DNA from: Octopus sinensis
Taxonomy: Eukaryota
Assembly (NCBI RefSeq): GCF_006345805.1
Contig: NC_043001.1
Coordinates: forward strand, 90,086,001 to 90,150,000
Direction: 5' to 3'
Length of the DNA: 64,000 nt
Within the stretch, counting starts at the first letter, position 1; each line of letters begins with the position of its first letter. Below the pieces are notes generated by a model. The model was not told the DNA's origin. It did no database searches and saw nothing but the letters and a program-made list of their open reading frames with translations. Shown here one piece after another: positions 12,753-24,150 of the stretch. Position numbers and translations under genes: made by a program.

Positions 12753-12848
12753 CATGCATGCATGCGGGAGATTATAGTTATGTAAATCAAGAGTAATCCA
12801 TTATGGTCTGCTTTGTGGATTTTTAACCCTCCGATGTATTCTTCCTTA

Positions 12849-13070
12849 TGTTTCTTTACTACCCACAAGGGGCTACACACAGAGGGAACAAACAAGGACA
12901 GACAAACGGATTAAGTCGATTACATCGACCCCAGTGCGTAACTAGTACTTATTTAATCGACCCAGAAAGGATGAAAGGCAAAGTCGACCTCGGCGGAATT
13001 TGAACTCAGAACGTAGCGGCAGACGAAAGCATTTCGCCCGGTGTGCTAACATTTCTGCCAGCTCGCCGCC
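12849..13070 (-). mobile_element. SINE family A (tRNA-derived head GGCGGCGAGCTGGCAGAA..GAGTTCAAATTCC)
   Basis: Pol III A box (GAGCTGGCAGAA) and B box (GAGTTCAAATTCC) on the minus strand, followed by the conserved body GTCGACTTTGCCTTTCATCCTTTC.GGGTCGAT..AAGTAC.AGTT. More than 20 related copies or fragments occur in the window. Confidence 0.9.
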
Positions 13071-13401
13071 TTATGCATTCTTCCTTAACTATCTCTTTAA
13101 CGTTGCAGTTCCTACTTACTCTTGGTTGTACTTGATAGTTCTACTGAAGATACTGACACAGATTGTGGCCACCAAATAGTTATCTTTATCTCTAAATAAT
13201 ACTCCACTATTTCCATCTGCTATGTTAATATCACTATTACTACAACTCCCGCAACTACTGCATTACTACTGCGCAACAACCGTGAGAACAGTGGAGTTCT
13301 CACTGCTGCAGTCTACGTTTGTGGATAGTGTTTCCAAGCTCTATTTATAATTGTCACTTACCTATTGCTACATCAGCCGACGTGGAAGTTCGTACAATAT
13401 A

Positions 13402-13632
13402 TATTTCTTTACTACCCACAAGAGGCTAAACACAGAGGGAACAAACAAGGACAGACAAACGGATTAAGTCGATTACATCGACCCCAGTGTGTAACTGGTA
13501 CTTAATTTATCGACCCCGAAAGGATGAAAGACAAAGTCGACCTCGACGAAATTTGAACTCAGGATGTAACGGCAGACGAAATACAGCAACGCATTTCGCC
13601 CGGCGTGCAAACGTTTTTGCCAGCTCGCCGCC
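13402..13632 (-). mobile_element. SINE family A, full-length with target-site duplication
   Basis: Same head and body as above. Flanked by AAGTTCGTACAATATA (13386-13401) and AAGTTCGTACAACATA (13635-13650), a 16-bp TSD with one mismatch. Confidence 0.9.
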
Positions 13633-13954
13633 TTAAGTTCGTACAACATAGTCCAACAAGCTAAGCGTAATAATACCCTTCAATCTTGAGAAATTGGCTA
13701 ACAAACAAGTCCGGTAACTTTTTAGGCAAGGTCTATGAGCTTGTGAAATTTTCATGGTAGAGTACAGTGGTTTTTCGTGCCTTCCTGAGGGTACTTTTTA
13801 GAACACACCATCTTGCTTGCATAGTATAAGTAAGTTCACGGAACCTGTCTCTGCACTCAAAACCTAAAGAGTTGACGCAAATATGGGAAAGCATTTCATC
13901 CAAAGCTCTAACAGTTCTGCAGTAAATACCGTATTTATTTTATAAAAGTTTTAA

Positions 13955-14295
13955 AGATAAAAGGCAATATTGGCTTCAGCGGAATTTGAACTCATAACGC
14001 AAGAAACAGACAAATACTGCAAATTCTGACATTTTAACGATTTTGGCAAGCCTCTACCCTTTGCTGCCTGTAACAATATTTTCTGATCTAAGCACAAGGC
14101 TAGCAATTTTGAAGAGGACGGAATTAGTCGATGATATTTACCTTAGTACTTGACTGGTACCTTATTTCATTGATCTTGAAAAGACGAAAAACAAAGTTTG
14201 CTCCAGCAGGATTTGAACACAGATCATTAAAAGTCGGAATAAATACGTCAAAGTATTTTGTCCGACGCTCAAACGATTTTATTAATTCGCTGCCT
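13955..14295 (-). mobile_element. Two old, diverged SINE family A copies
   Basis: Degenerate GGAATTTGAACTC/GGATTTGAACAC B boxes at about 13981 and 14209, with family A body remnants. Confidence 0.6.
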
Positions 14296-14694
14296 GCAAA
14301 AAAAAAAAAAAAAGAAAAGGAAGGAAAAAACATACTACCGTCATAAAAATAGGAAGTAGAACCCCCCCCGCCCCACCAAACAATGGAGAATATTGTCCTT
14401 GGTATAAAAATCCTGAATATAAGATGGAGGTCATAGCTTTAATGCTCTTGATTCAAAGTCTGCTCAGATAGGGCAACCCAGGGTTAAACAAAGACAATAA
14501 TTTGTTGCTACCTGTATGTTACCACTAACACTAACATTATTTCTACCACAGAGAATCACGGATTCTATAATTACATCATCTACTAGAGATTGTAATGCTT
14601 ATTGTAATGTTTCTGATTCTTTTTCCCCTACAAACACGATTGACACTATTTCGCTACTATCTCTTCTACCATTGATTACCAATACTACTTTCAA

Positions 14695-15295
14695 AGGCGG
14701 CGAGCTGGTAGAATCGTTAGCACGTCGGGGAATAATGTTTAGCGATATTTCATCTGGCTTTACGTTCTGAGTTCAAATTCTGCTGAGGTCAACTTTGCAT
14801 TTCATCCTTTCGGGGTCGATTAAAAAAGTACAAGTTACGCACTAGTGTCGATATAATCGACTTAATCAGTTTGTCTGTCCTTGTTTGTTCCCTCTGTGTT
14901 TAGCCCTTTGTGGGCAGTAAAGAAATAGGTATTTCGTCTTTCTTTACGCTTTGGGTTCAAATTCCGCCGCGGTCGACTTTGCCTTTCATCCTTTCGGGGT
15001 CGATACGTTACGCTCTGGGGTTTATGTAATCGACTTAATCCCTTTGTCTGTCCTTGTTTGTCCCCTCTTTGTTTAACTCCTTGTGGCCAATGAAGAAAAA
15101 GGAATCGTTAGCACGTTGGGGGAAAATGTTTAGCGGTATTTCATCTGTCTTCGTGTTCGGAGCTCAAATTTTGCTGAGGTCGACTTCACCTTTCATCCTT
15201 TCGGGATTGATAAAACAAGTAACAATTGAACACTGGGCTTTATCAACTCAATCCCTCTCCTGAAATTGCTGGCCCTGTGCAAAAATTTCAAACGA
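14695..15295 (+). mobile_element. SINE family A tandem trimer
   Basis: Head at 14695, a second module starting at the junction AAAGAAATA|GGTATTTCG (14919-14936), and a third module from about 15103. Confidence 0.85.
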
Positions 15296-15639
15296 ATGCA
15301 GCTGCTTTTAAACATCCTTTGAACCCCAGCGACTACTGTTGGTGCTAGCACTGCAGCGGGTGTCACGACTCCATCACAGACATCGCTACCACCACCACTA
15401 TTATTTCGGAACTTTTACCGTTGGTTTTCATACCATTACAGTCACAAATAATGCTATAATACAATAATGCGATCATCATTACCACAGGCATTGGCATTAC
15501 TTTCCAACACTTGTACTATTCTGATTATCGTTGCATCCAGCACTATTCCTATTATAGCTCTTACAAAGTCTGCTACGATTGGCGCTACCGCTGCTGCAGT
15601 CACAGAATCACTCACACACACACGCGTATATGTATATAT

Positions 15640-15654
15640 ATATCGAAAGAGAGA

Positions 15655-15703
<49 letters not shown>

Positions 15704-15734
15704 AATGGGAAATACATTGATATTTCCTGTAACA

Positions 15735-15797
<63 letters not shown>
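15640..15797. repeat. (GA)n and (ATT)n microsatellites
   Basis: Read directly. Confidence 0.95.
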
Positions 15798-15798
<1 letters not shown>

Positions 15799-15799
<1 letters not shown>

Positions 15800-16221
15800 G
15801 GCGGCGAACTGGCAGAAACGTTAGCACGCCGGGCGAAAAGACGTAGTCGTATTTCGTCTGCCGTTGCGTTCTGAGTTCAAATTCCGCCGAGGTCGACTTT
15901 GCCTTTCATCTTTTCGGGGTCGATTAAGTAAGTACCAGTTACGCACTGGGGTCGATATAATCGACTTAATCCGTTTGTCTGTCCTTGTTTGTCCTCTCTG
16001 TGTTTAGCCCCTTGTGGGTAGTAGAGAAATAGGTATTTCGCCCGTCGTTACGTTCTGAGTTCAAATTCCGCCAAGGTCAACTTTGCATTTCATCCTTTCG
16101 GGAGCAGTAAATTAAGCACCAGTCAAGTACTGGGGTCGATGTAATCGACTCTCCCTCTCTCCACAAATTCGAGGCCTTGTGCCTATAGTAGAAAAGATTA
16201 TTATTATCATTATTATTTTTA

Positions 16222-16285
<64 letters not shown>
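15799..16285 (+). mobile_element. SINE family A dimer ending in (ATT)n tail
   Basis: Head GGCGGCGAACTGGCAGAAACG at 15799, junction GAGAAATA|GGTATTTCG at 16024-16040, alternative 3' end ...GGCCTTGTGCCTATAGTAGAAAAGATT(ATT)n. Confidence 0.88.
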
Positions 16286-16287
<2 letters not shown>

Positions 16288-16956
16288 CTGTCACAGCTGC
16301 CGCAATCGTTGCTTCTACTTTTGCTGCTACAACAAATGCATGCACTAATATTTATTAGTACCGTTAGTACTGCAGTCACTTGTTATTGCTGCTGCATTCA
16401 TGGTTCTTTGCTAGTACACATGAAATTCTCTTTTCTCATGCAACTATTATCATCACTGCTGCTATCATTGCTTGCAATTTTGCTGTTACCACTGCGCTAT
16501 ATCGTTACTGTTGCACTCAACGTAACCGTTGCATCCACAGATGGAGTCACTGTTGCTCTTCTACAACTGCAGTCGCTGCTCTAGTCACTGTTGAGCTCAT
16601 ATCTGCATTGTAACTGCTGCTTTTGTATAGAAGGAGTCACTGCTGCTGTTGCTGATGTTGCTGCTGGTGCAGCTGCTGCTGTTCCTGCTCTTGCTGCTGC
16701 CGGTGCTGTTAAAACTACAGTCACTGATGCTTCAATATGTGCATTCGCCAATGCAGTCACTACTGTACGTGCTGCTATTATAGCTGTAAAACTCTAAGGC
16801 TGCCATAACTCGGATTACTACAACTTGCAGAAATCTTCAGTTGCATTTATCGCTGTTATATGTTTTATTGAGTGTGTGTGTGTGTGTGTGTGTGTACGTA
16901 AGAGTGTGTGCATATATGTTTATATGTGTGTGTGCATATATATATATGTGTGTATG

Positions 16957-17000
<44 letters not shown>

Positions 17001-17003
<3 letters not shown>

Positions 17004-17164
17004 TGCAGGAGTGGCTGTGTGGTAAGTAGCTTGCTTACCAACCACATGGTTCCGGGTTCAGTCCCACTGCGTGGCATCTTAGGCAAGTGTCTTCTGCTAT
17101 AGCCTCGGGCCGACCAATGCCTTGTGAGTGGATTTGGTAGACGGAAACTGAAAGAAGCCTGTCG

Positions 17165-17213
<49 letters not shown>

Positions 17214-17428
17214 ATGTTTGTGTGTCTGACCCCCTAGCATTGCTTGACAACCGATGCTGGTGTGTTTACGTTCCCGTCACTTAGCGGTTCGGCAAAAGAC
17301 ACCGATAGAATAAGTACTGGCCTTGCAAAGAATAAGTCCCGGGGTCGATTTGCTCGACTAAAGGCGGTGCTCCAGCATGGCCGCAGTCAAATGACTGAAA
17401 CAAGTAAAAGTGAAAAAGAGTAAAGAGT
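17001..17428 (+). mobile_element. SINE family B, full-length
   Basis: Head AGGTGCAGGAGTGGCTGTGTGGTAAG..GGTTCAGTCCC (A- and B-box-like). The CORE-like segment GGCATCTTAGGCAAGTGTCTT resembles MIR/CORE ACCTTGGGCAAGT. Internal (TA)n(TG)n at 17165-17225; tail ..GACTGAAACAAGTAAAAG..AGAGTA. Confidence 0.9.
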
Positions 17429-17635
17429 ATATATATATATATATATATAGGGAGAGTTTACGAAAAAAATAAGACGAAGACAGGTGGTGTACAAAACAAA
17501 CAGATGTATTGTATATATATATACATACATGCATACAGTAGTGTGGTAAAACGTTTGTTTCCAACCACATAGTTCAATGTTTAGTCCTACTTCATGGCAC
17601 CTTGGGCAACTGTCTCCAACTTTAGCGACAGGCTG

Positions 17636-17675
<40 letters not shown>

Positions 17676-18104
17676 CATACGTGTGTATGTGTATGTCATA
17701 CATACGTGTGTATGTGTGTTTGCTGGTATGTACGCTGCGCGTGCGCGCGCGCGTGTGTCTGCGCGTGTTGTGTGTACAGCAAACGCGAAAAAAGGTAAAA
17801 AAAAAAAGACGTGAAAGTTACCCGGAGTTAATTGTTAAACAATCTTAAATTCAGTGAATAAGATTTTATCTGTTATAACATTATTCACACTATCCTACGT
17901 TACCTCCTGCGAACCGCATCCGAAAACAAGCTTCCACCACCACCGACGCCACCATCACCATCACCAGCACCACCATCGACACCGACGCCCCCACCAACGA
18001 CGCCGTCGAAACCGCCCCCCACCGCTGCCGCTGCCACCAAGACCACCACCACTGCCAGCTTGTCGCCTATTAGTACCAGTGTTGGGGATCGGTGGGGGTG
18101 GGTT

Positions 18105-19752
18105 TAGTCAATACCATCGATCCCGGAAAATTGTAAAAGCAAATTTGCTCTCGGCGGGATTTGAACTCAGAACGTAACAAACCGGAAGGAATACCGCAAT
18201 GCACGTATTTCTCGGCGTTTGAATGACCCAGAAAAGTCCCCCACCTTGTAAAATCGCTAATAATTGTTTCTGATTCAGGCACAAGTCTTTTGGTGGGATG
18301 GGGAAGAGCTAGTAGAGATTATCAACCTCAGTAGGTAACTGATACTTTAGTCGATCAATCCCAGGGGATAAAAGTAAAGATAACATGGGCGAGATTTAAA
18401 CTCAAAAGGTAAAGAGCAGAAAGGACTACTACAGAGCAATTTTCCCATGCTCTAATGATTCGGCCAAGCCATTGCCCTAATAGTTATAATGATTTTCATA
18501 ATGTTGTCAAAAGACCAGCAATAGTAATTGTTAGTGGAGGGGGCTAGTCAATACGATCGAGCCCAGTAGTTGGCTGGTACTTTAATTTATCGACGACGGA
18601 GGAATGAAAGGCAAGGTTGACCTTTGAAAGGCAAAGTACTTATTCTATCGGTCTCTTTTGCCGAACCGCTAAGTTACGAGGACGTAAACACACCAACATT
18701 GGTTGTCAAGCGATGTTGGGGGCGGGGGACAAACACAGACACACAAACATATACACACACATGCATATATATTCATATATATGACGGGCTTCTTTCAGTT
18801 TCCGTCTACCAAATCCACTCACAAGGCTTTGGTCGGCTCGAGGCTATAGTAGAAGACACTTACCCAAGGTGCCACGCAGTGCGACTGAATCTGGAACCAT
18901 GTATTTCGTATAGAAGCTACTTACCACACAGTCACTCCTAGTCACAAGGCCTGTAATTTTACGGGAGAAGCTAGTTGATTACATAGGCTGGTACTTATTT
19001 CAACGACTCCGAAAGCAATGAAAGCTAAAATAGGCCACAACAGAATTTAACTCAGAACGTTATGAGTCGGAAGAAATGCCGCTAAGCATTTTGTCTGGCG
19101 TGCTAATGTTTCTTATTTCTTTACTGCCTACAAGGGGCTACACACAGAGGGGACAAACAAGGACAGACAAACGGATTAAGTCGATTATACCGACCCAGTG
19201 CGTAACTGGTACTTATTTAATCGAACCCGAAAGGATGAAAGGCAAAGTCGACCTCGGTGGAATTTGAACTCAGAACGTAACGGCAGACGAAATACTGCGA
19301 AGCATTTCGCCCGGCGTGCTAACGTTTCTGCCAGCTCGCCGCCTTTAATCAGATCCTATCAGTCTTTCTAATTATAGACACAAGGCCTGAAACTTGGGAG
19401 GAGAGGTTAGTCGATTAAATCGACCTCAGTGCTCCACTGGTACTTATTTTATCGACTCCCGAAAAACTAAGTGGACCCCAGCAGAATTTGAACTCAGCAC
19501 ATGAAGACATGAAATACCTATTTCTTTATTACCCACAAGGGGCTAAACATAGAGGGGACAAACAAGGACAGACATAGGTATTAAGTCGATTACATCGACC
19601 CCAGTGCGTAACTGGTACTTAATTTATCGACCCCGAAAGGATGAAAGGCAAAGTCGACGACCTCAGCGGAATTTGAACTCATAACGTTGCGCCAGACGAA
19701 ATACCGCTAAGCATTTAGCCCGGCGTGCTAACGTTTTGGCCAGCTCGCCGCC
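18105..19752 (-). mobile_element. Cluster of at least 7 family A copies/fragments plus one family B fragment (18636-18935), all minus strand
   Basis: Repeated B boxes (GGGATTTGAACTC 18156, GGAATTTGAACTC 19259 and 19668, GAATTTGAACTC 19484). Near-full copies at 19105-19343 and 19375-19752, the latter a dimer with junction GAAATACC|TATTTCTTT at 19511-19527. Confidence 0.85.
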
Positions 19753-21059
19753 TATATTCAGTTCCTAATGTTAAAATGACATAACCATTCTCATTGGAAG
19801 TAACATATATATAATGTCTGTTTACCCCAAACACAAATAAATGTATATATTGGCATGGAGACAGTGAATAACAACACTGATATGAAATGTCATTTGTAAA
19901 ATCCTCGATCCTTATTTAGAAGAGCATTTAGATTCACCTCAACAAGCAAAGCATTAGAGAAAGTAATCCACTAAATAAAATAAACACGTCGGGTATTTTA
20001 ACAAACAGATAGACAAAGCCATAGAACAATATAGGAGAAAAATACACCGCAACAGATCACTAGAAACCACATTGATTAAGAGAAATGCTTAAACCACACA
20101 TAATGCATGAATCAAATGCTTCTAAGTATAGAGAATATGAACAGCATTACGAAAAATCTTGCTAGCATTATGATTCGCCTACACAAACGAAGCACTAAAT
20201 AGAGACATCCACTGAATGAAACAAACGCTATTCAATGCCGTTATTGTTAGAAATTTATAGACTAAGTGATAAAACAATGTAAATACATTGCAACAGATCA
20301 TTAGAAACCACAGTGATTTAAAAAAAAAATGTATAGGCCGTACATATAGCATGAATAAAATCTATACAAACTGTAGGAAATAACACAATATGTAAAACCT
20401 CACAAACAGAACTCGAAAATGCATTGCAGCAAGCCATAAATTAACGCTAATAATGTTACTACAAAATCATTCAAATTAAAATTCTCATCCACAACAAACC
20501 ACAACATATATAAACCTGTAAAGAAATTATTAATGATCAATGTGATTTACGAATGCGATTGCGAACGTAAAAGTTGTAAAGTTTATGATCCCTACTCTTC
20601 TATTAGCCATACAAGTTTGACATTTTCCCGCCGACCCACAATGCATTCACAACAAGACAAAACAAGATAGGGAAACATCGCTGGGCGACATATATTTCCA
20701 CAAAAATGGGTGATTCATGATTTAAATAATAGTCATAGAACAGTACATTGCTAGTCGAAACGCTCTGGCAACATGTGCTAATGGATCTCTGTCGTTCGGC
20801 GACGAGGATTCATTTGCTCGATCAGCTGAATGACTTGCTTCTGAATTGTCACTGATACGTGTATTGTCACTGATACGTGTACCTTTAAGGTAGATCCCAA
20901 GCAGAATCAATGTGACAGTCTTGTGTCATTTGAATTACAGGCATTATCTATACGATGGGCTTCTCTCTGGTTTCTGTCAACATAATTTCACTCGACACGT
21001 CGCTATAGAAAATGATATTTACCCAAGATGCCACACAGTAGGATCGAACTTGAAACTGT

Positions 21060-21188
21060 TTGTTTGTTTGTTTGTTTGTATGTATGTATGTATGTATGTA
21101 TGTATGTATGTATGTATGTATGTATGTATGTATGTATGTATGTATGTATGTATGTATGTATGTATGTATGTATGTATGTATGTATGTA

Positions 21189-21230
<42 letters not shown>

Positions 21231-21345
21231 TGTGTGTGTGTTTATGAATTGATAGATGAAAAGGCAAGCAGACAGATAGATAGATAGACAGACAGATAGA
21301 TAAGTAGATAGATAGATAGTTAGATATATAGATAGATAGATGTAC
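21060..21345. repeat. Compound (TTTG)n/(TATG)n/(TG)n/(GATA)n microsatellite
   Basis: Read directly. Confidence 0.95.
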
Positions 21346-22026
21346 ACACATACTCACACATTCTCACGCACTTACCCTTCTTTCAGAGAAATCTCAGTTA
21401 CACTGCCACACAACGTTAGAAACTGAACATTTATTTGCTACCTATGTATAAATAACAATACGAATAACATCTCATGAGAGACTTACAACAAAACCGTTGG
21501 TAGCATGCGGCATCTTTTATCCCCAAAGGAACCCGTGGACTTCAAGCTGTAATTTTATCCCTACTGCATTGGGGGTGAATTGGTGGGGAATGAAGCAATT
21601 GTTTGTTTTTAGTCTATAATTTATTTATAACGTGTCAGAATTTCTGTTTCTAATGCTCGGGTTACTTGTGAGTATAGTGAAGTGTGAATATTTGAGTTCA
21701 CTTATGTTAAAGAAACACATCCGTTTTTTGGTAAAATTTTACAGTACTACCTCTACGTATTGTGCCAGTTACAATTTTTACAGCTGAGTTACGTCAGCTT
21801 TAGACGGTCCTTAGGTAGACAGCATTTGTGAGAAATAAACGTCATTGGAGGTAATAATATGCAGCGCAAGCGGTTTTAATACATGATTCGTTTAAACTCC
21901 CATGACCGAGGCAACATAAACGCTATCATTAGAAGAGAGGCTTTGTTGTTACCGAAAAACTTCATTTTAGCATGAAACCGGAAGAATCCGATTGAAGTTG
22001 TTCCTCCTGATGGAAATATTAAATAA

Positions 22027-22233
22027 GGCGGTGAGCTGGCAGAAACGTTAGCACGCCGGGCGAAATGTTTAGCGGCATTTCGTCTGTCTTTACGTTCTGA
22101 GTTCAAATTCCGCCGAGGTCAACTTTTCCTTTCATTCTTTCGGGGTCGATAACTAAAGTACCGGTTACTCACTGCGGTCGATGTCCTTGTTTGTCCCCTC
22201 TATGTTTAGCCCCTTGTGGGCAATAAAGAAATG
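22027..22233 (+). mobile_element. SINE family A
   Basis: Head GGCGGTGAGCTGGCAGAAACGTTAGCACGCCGGGCG, B box GAGTTCAAATTCC, tail ..GGGCAATAAAGAAAT, with a short internal deletion. Confidence 0.88.
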
Positions 22234-22959
22234 GGAAATATAAAATATTTAAATTAGAATTCCGAAGACCAAAGATAGTGTTTGTGGTGTGCGTGATGTG
22301 TGAGTGGGGTTCTTAATAATTTTTCACCTATGGACCCGTCTGATTCCTATTTTACACGGGTGGACCTACATAGCGATTCGATGTTTAAAAAATCCTATAT
22401 TTTTTTTTATTTATATACAAGAATTTGTATTAAAAAAGTTGTGAAAATATTTTGTGCATTGCAGAACTATATCCAATTAATTGTACATAAGTTTTGAAAA
22501 TGGAATCTTATTTTGGACCCTTAAGGGTCATATAGACTCCAGCTGAGAACGAATGGGCTGTGTGAAGCCATCTACGTCAACAAGAGTTGAACCCTAGTAC
22601 GTCGGTCTTAAAATATGGTTAACTGTGCATTCAAATTAGTAAGATATAGGGTAGGCCGGCACTCTCTCCTTTTCATTAGATATGACCCTGAATGTGCTAG
22701 TACGAAGTTTAACTCATTGTTTGACGTATTGTTTTATGCTTTCGCTCTGTATGTTAATCAATAATCACTTAGTAACGCGATACACACATATAGCAAGAAC
22801 TGGCTGTTTTGGTGTATTGCGTGATGTGTTAGTTGAACACTTCATTCGGTTGTTGTTTAACAAGGTCATACCTGCGGTTCATCTTTATTTCAGGGAAATT
22901 ATAGATTTGCACTCTTAAAGTTATTTACAGGTTAACGATGTAAAACTACATGAGATATA

Positions 22960-23286
22960 TTGAGACTCCCTTCGGTTATGAATGACCATGGGATTACACC
23001 TAGAAAGTTACCCTTCGAGGCACAAGTCCGGGCAAGGTTGTTTATGGAAGACCAGCAATCGCCCATGCATAACAGCCTCCCCGCTGATGTTATCCAAGAG
23101 AAAGGCAAAGGCCGATACAGCTTGGCACCAGTGATGTCGCAACTCATTTCTACAGCTGAGTTAACTGGGGCAACGTGAAATAAAGTGTCTTGCTCAAGAA
23201 CACAACACGCAGCCCGGCCCGAGAATCGAACTCACCACCTCACGATCGTAAGCTCGACGCTCTAATCACTGAGCCATGAGCCTTCA
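22960..23286 (-). mobile_element. SINE family C (tRNA head + CORE-like segment + long 3' tail), full-length
   Basis: Minus strand GTGAAGGCTCATGGCTCAGTGATTAGAGCGTCG..GTGAGTTCGATTCTC (A and B boxes), then GTGTTCTTGAGCAAGACACTTTATTTCACGTTG..CTCAGCTGTAGAAATGAG. A paralog lies at 38485-38834. Confidence 0.88.
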
Positions 23287-23324
23287 CGATGAGATATATA
23301 GCGATAGAGTAATAATCCTTTTTA

Positions 23325-24150
23325 CTATAAGCACAAGGCCTGGCGTTGTGGGGGAGGGGGATAGTCAATCAGATCGACTCTAGTACTCAGCTGGTACTTA
23401 ATTTATCGACCTCAAAGAGATGAAAGGCAAAGTCGACCTCAGAGGAATTTGATCTCAGAACGTAACGGCATACGAAATGCCTATTTCTTTATTGTCTACA
23501 AGGGGCTAAACAAAGAGAGGACAAACAAGGACAGACAAACGGATTAAGTCGATTATATCGACCCCATTGCGTAACTGGTACTTATTTAATCGACCCCGAA
23601 AGGATGAAAAGCAAAGTCGACCGAGGCGGAATTTGAACTCAGAACGTAGCCGCAGACGAAATACTGCTAAGCATTTCGCCCGGCGTCCTAATGATTTGCC
23701 AGCTCGCCGCCTTAGAAGAATGAAGTAATAATAACATCAGTAGAAACAACATCTGCACTTTGAGTTACAAAAACAAAATATGAATGTCCCCTAATAACGG
23801 TTTCTGATTTAAATATAAAGCCAGCAATTTTAGGAAGGGATTAAGTCGATTACATTGATCCCAATGCTCATCGATCCCGAAAAGATAAAAGGCAAAGTCG
23901 ACCTCTACAGAATTTGAACACGGAACATAAAGAAATGGAACATATGCTACAATGCATTTTCCTAACACTTTAATGTTTCTGCCAATCCAATGCCCTTGGA
24001 TTCTGGTTTAGGCACAAAGTCAGCAGTTTTGAAGGGAAAGGGATAGTCGTTGACTTCAGCTCCAGTATTTGACTGGTACTTTATTTTAAAAGCATCGGAA
24101 GGAGGAAAAAGTAGTTAACCTCGGCGGGATTTGAACTTAGAATATAAAGA
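23325..24150 (-). mobile_element. SINE family A dimer (23325-23712) plus two diverged copies
   Basis: Junction GAAATGCC|TATTTCTTT at 23474-23490; head ends CAGCTCGCCGCC at 23712. Further B boxes at about 23910 and 24127. Confidence 0.82.

Noticed and set aside
17930-18062. His/Arg/Pro-rich ORF 17854-18177
   Set aside because: It derives from degenerate (CAC/CCG)n repeats and reads through into a SINE.
20722-20910. GC-richer segment with short ORFs on both strands and a 19-bp tandem duplication (TATTGTCACTGATACGTG-like)
   Set aside because: No recognisable domain or convincing splice pair; the duplication is trivial.
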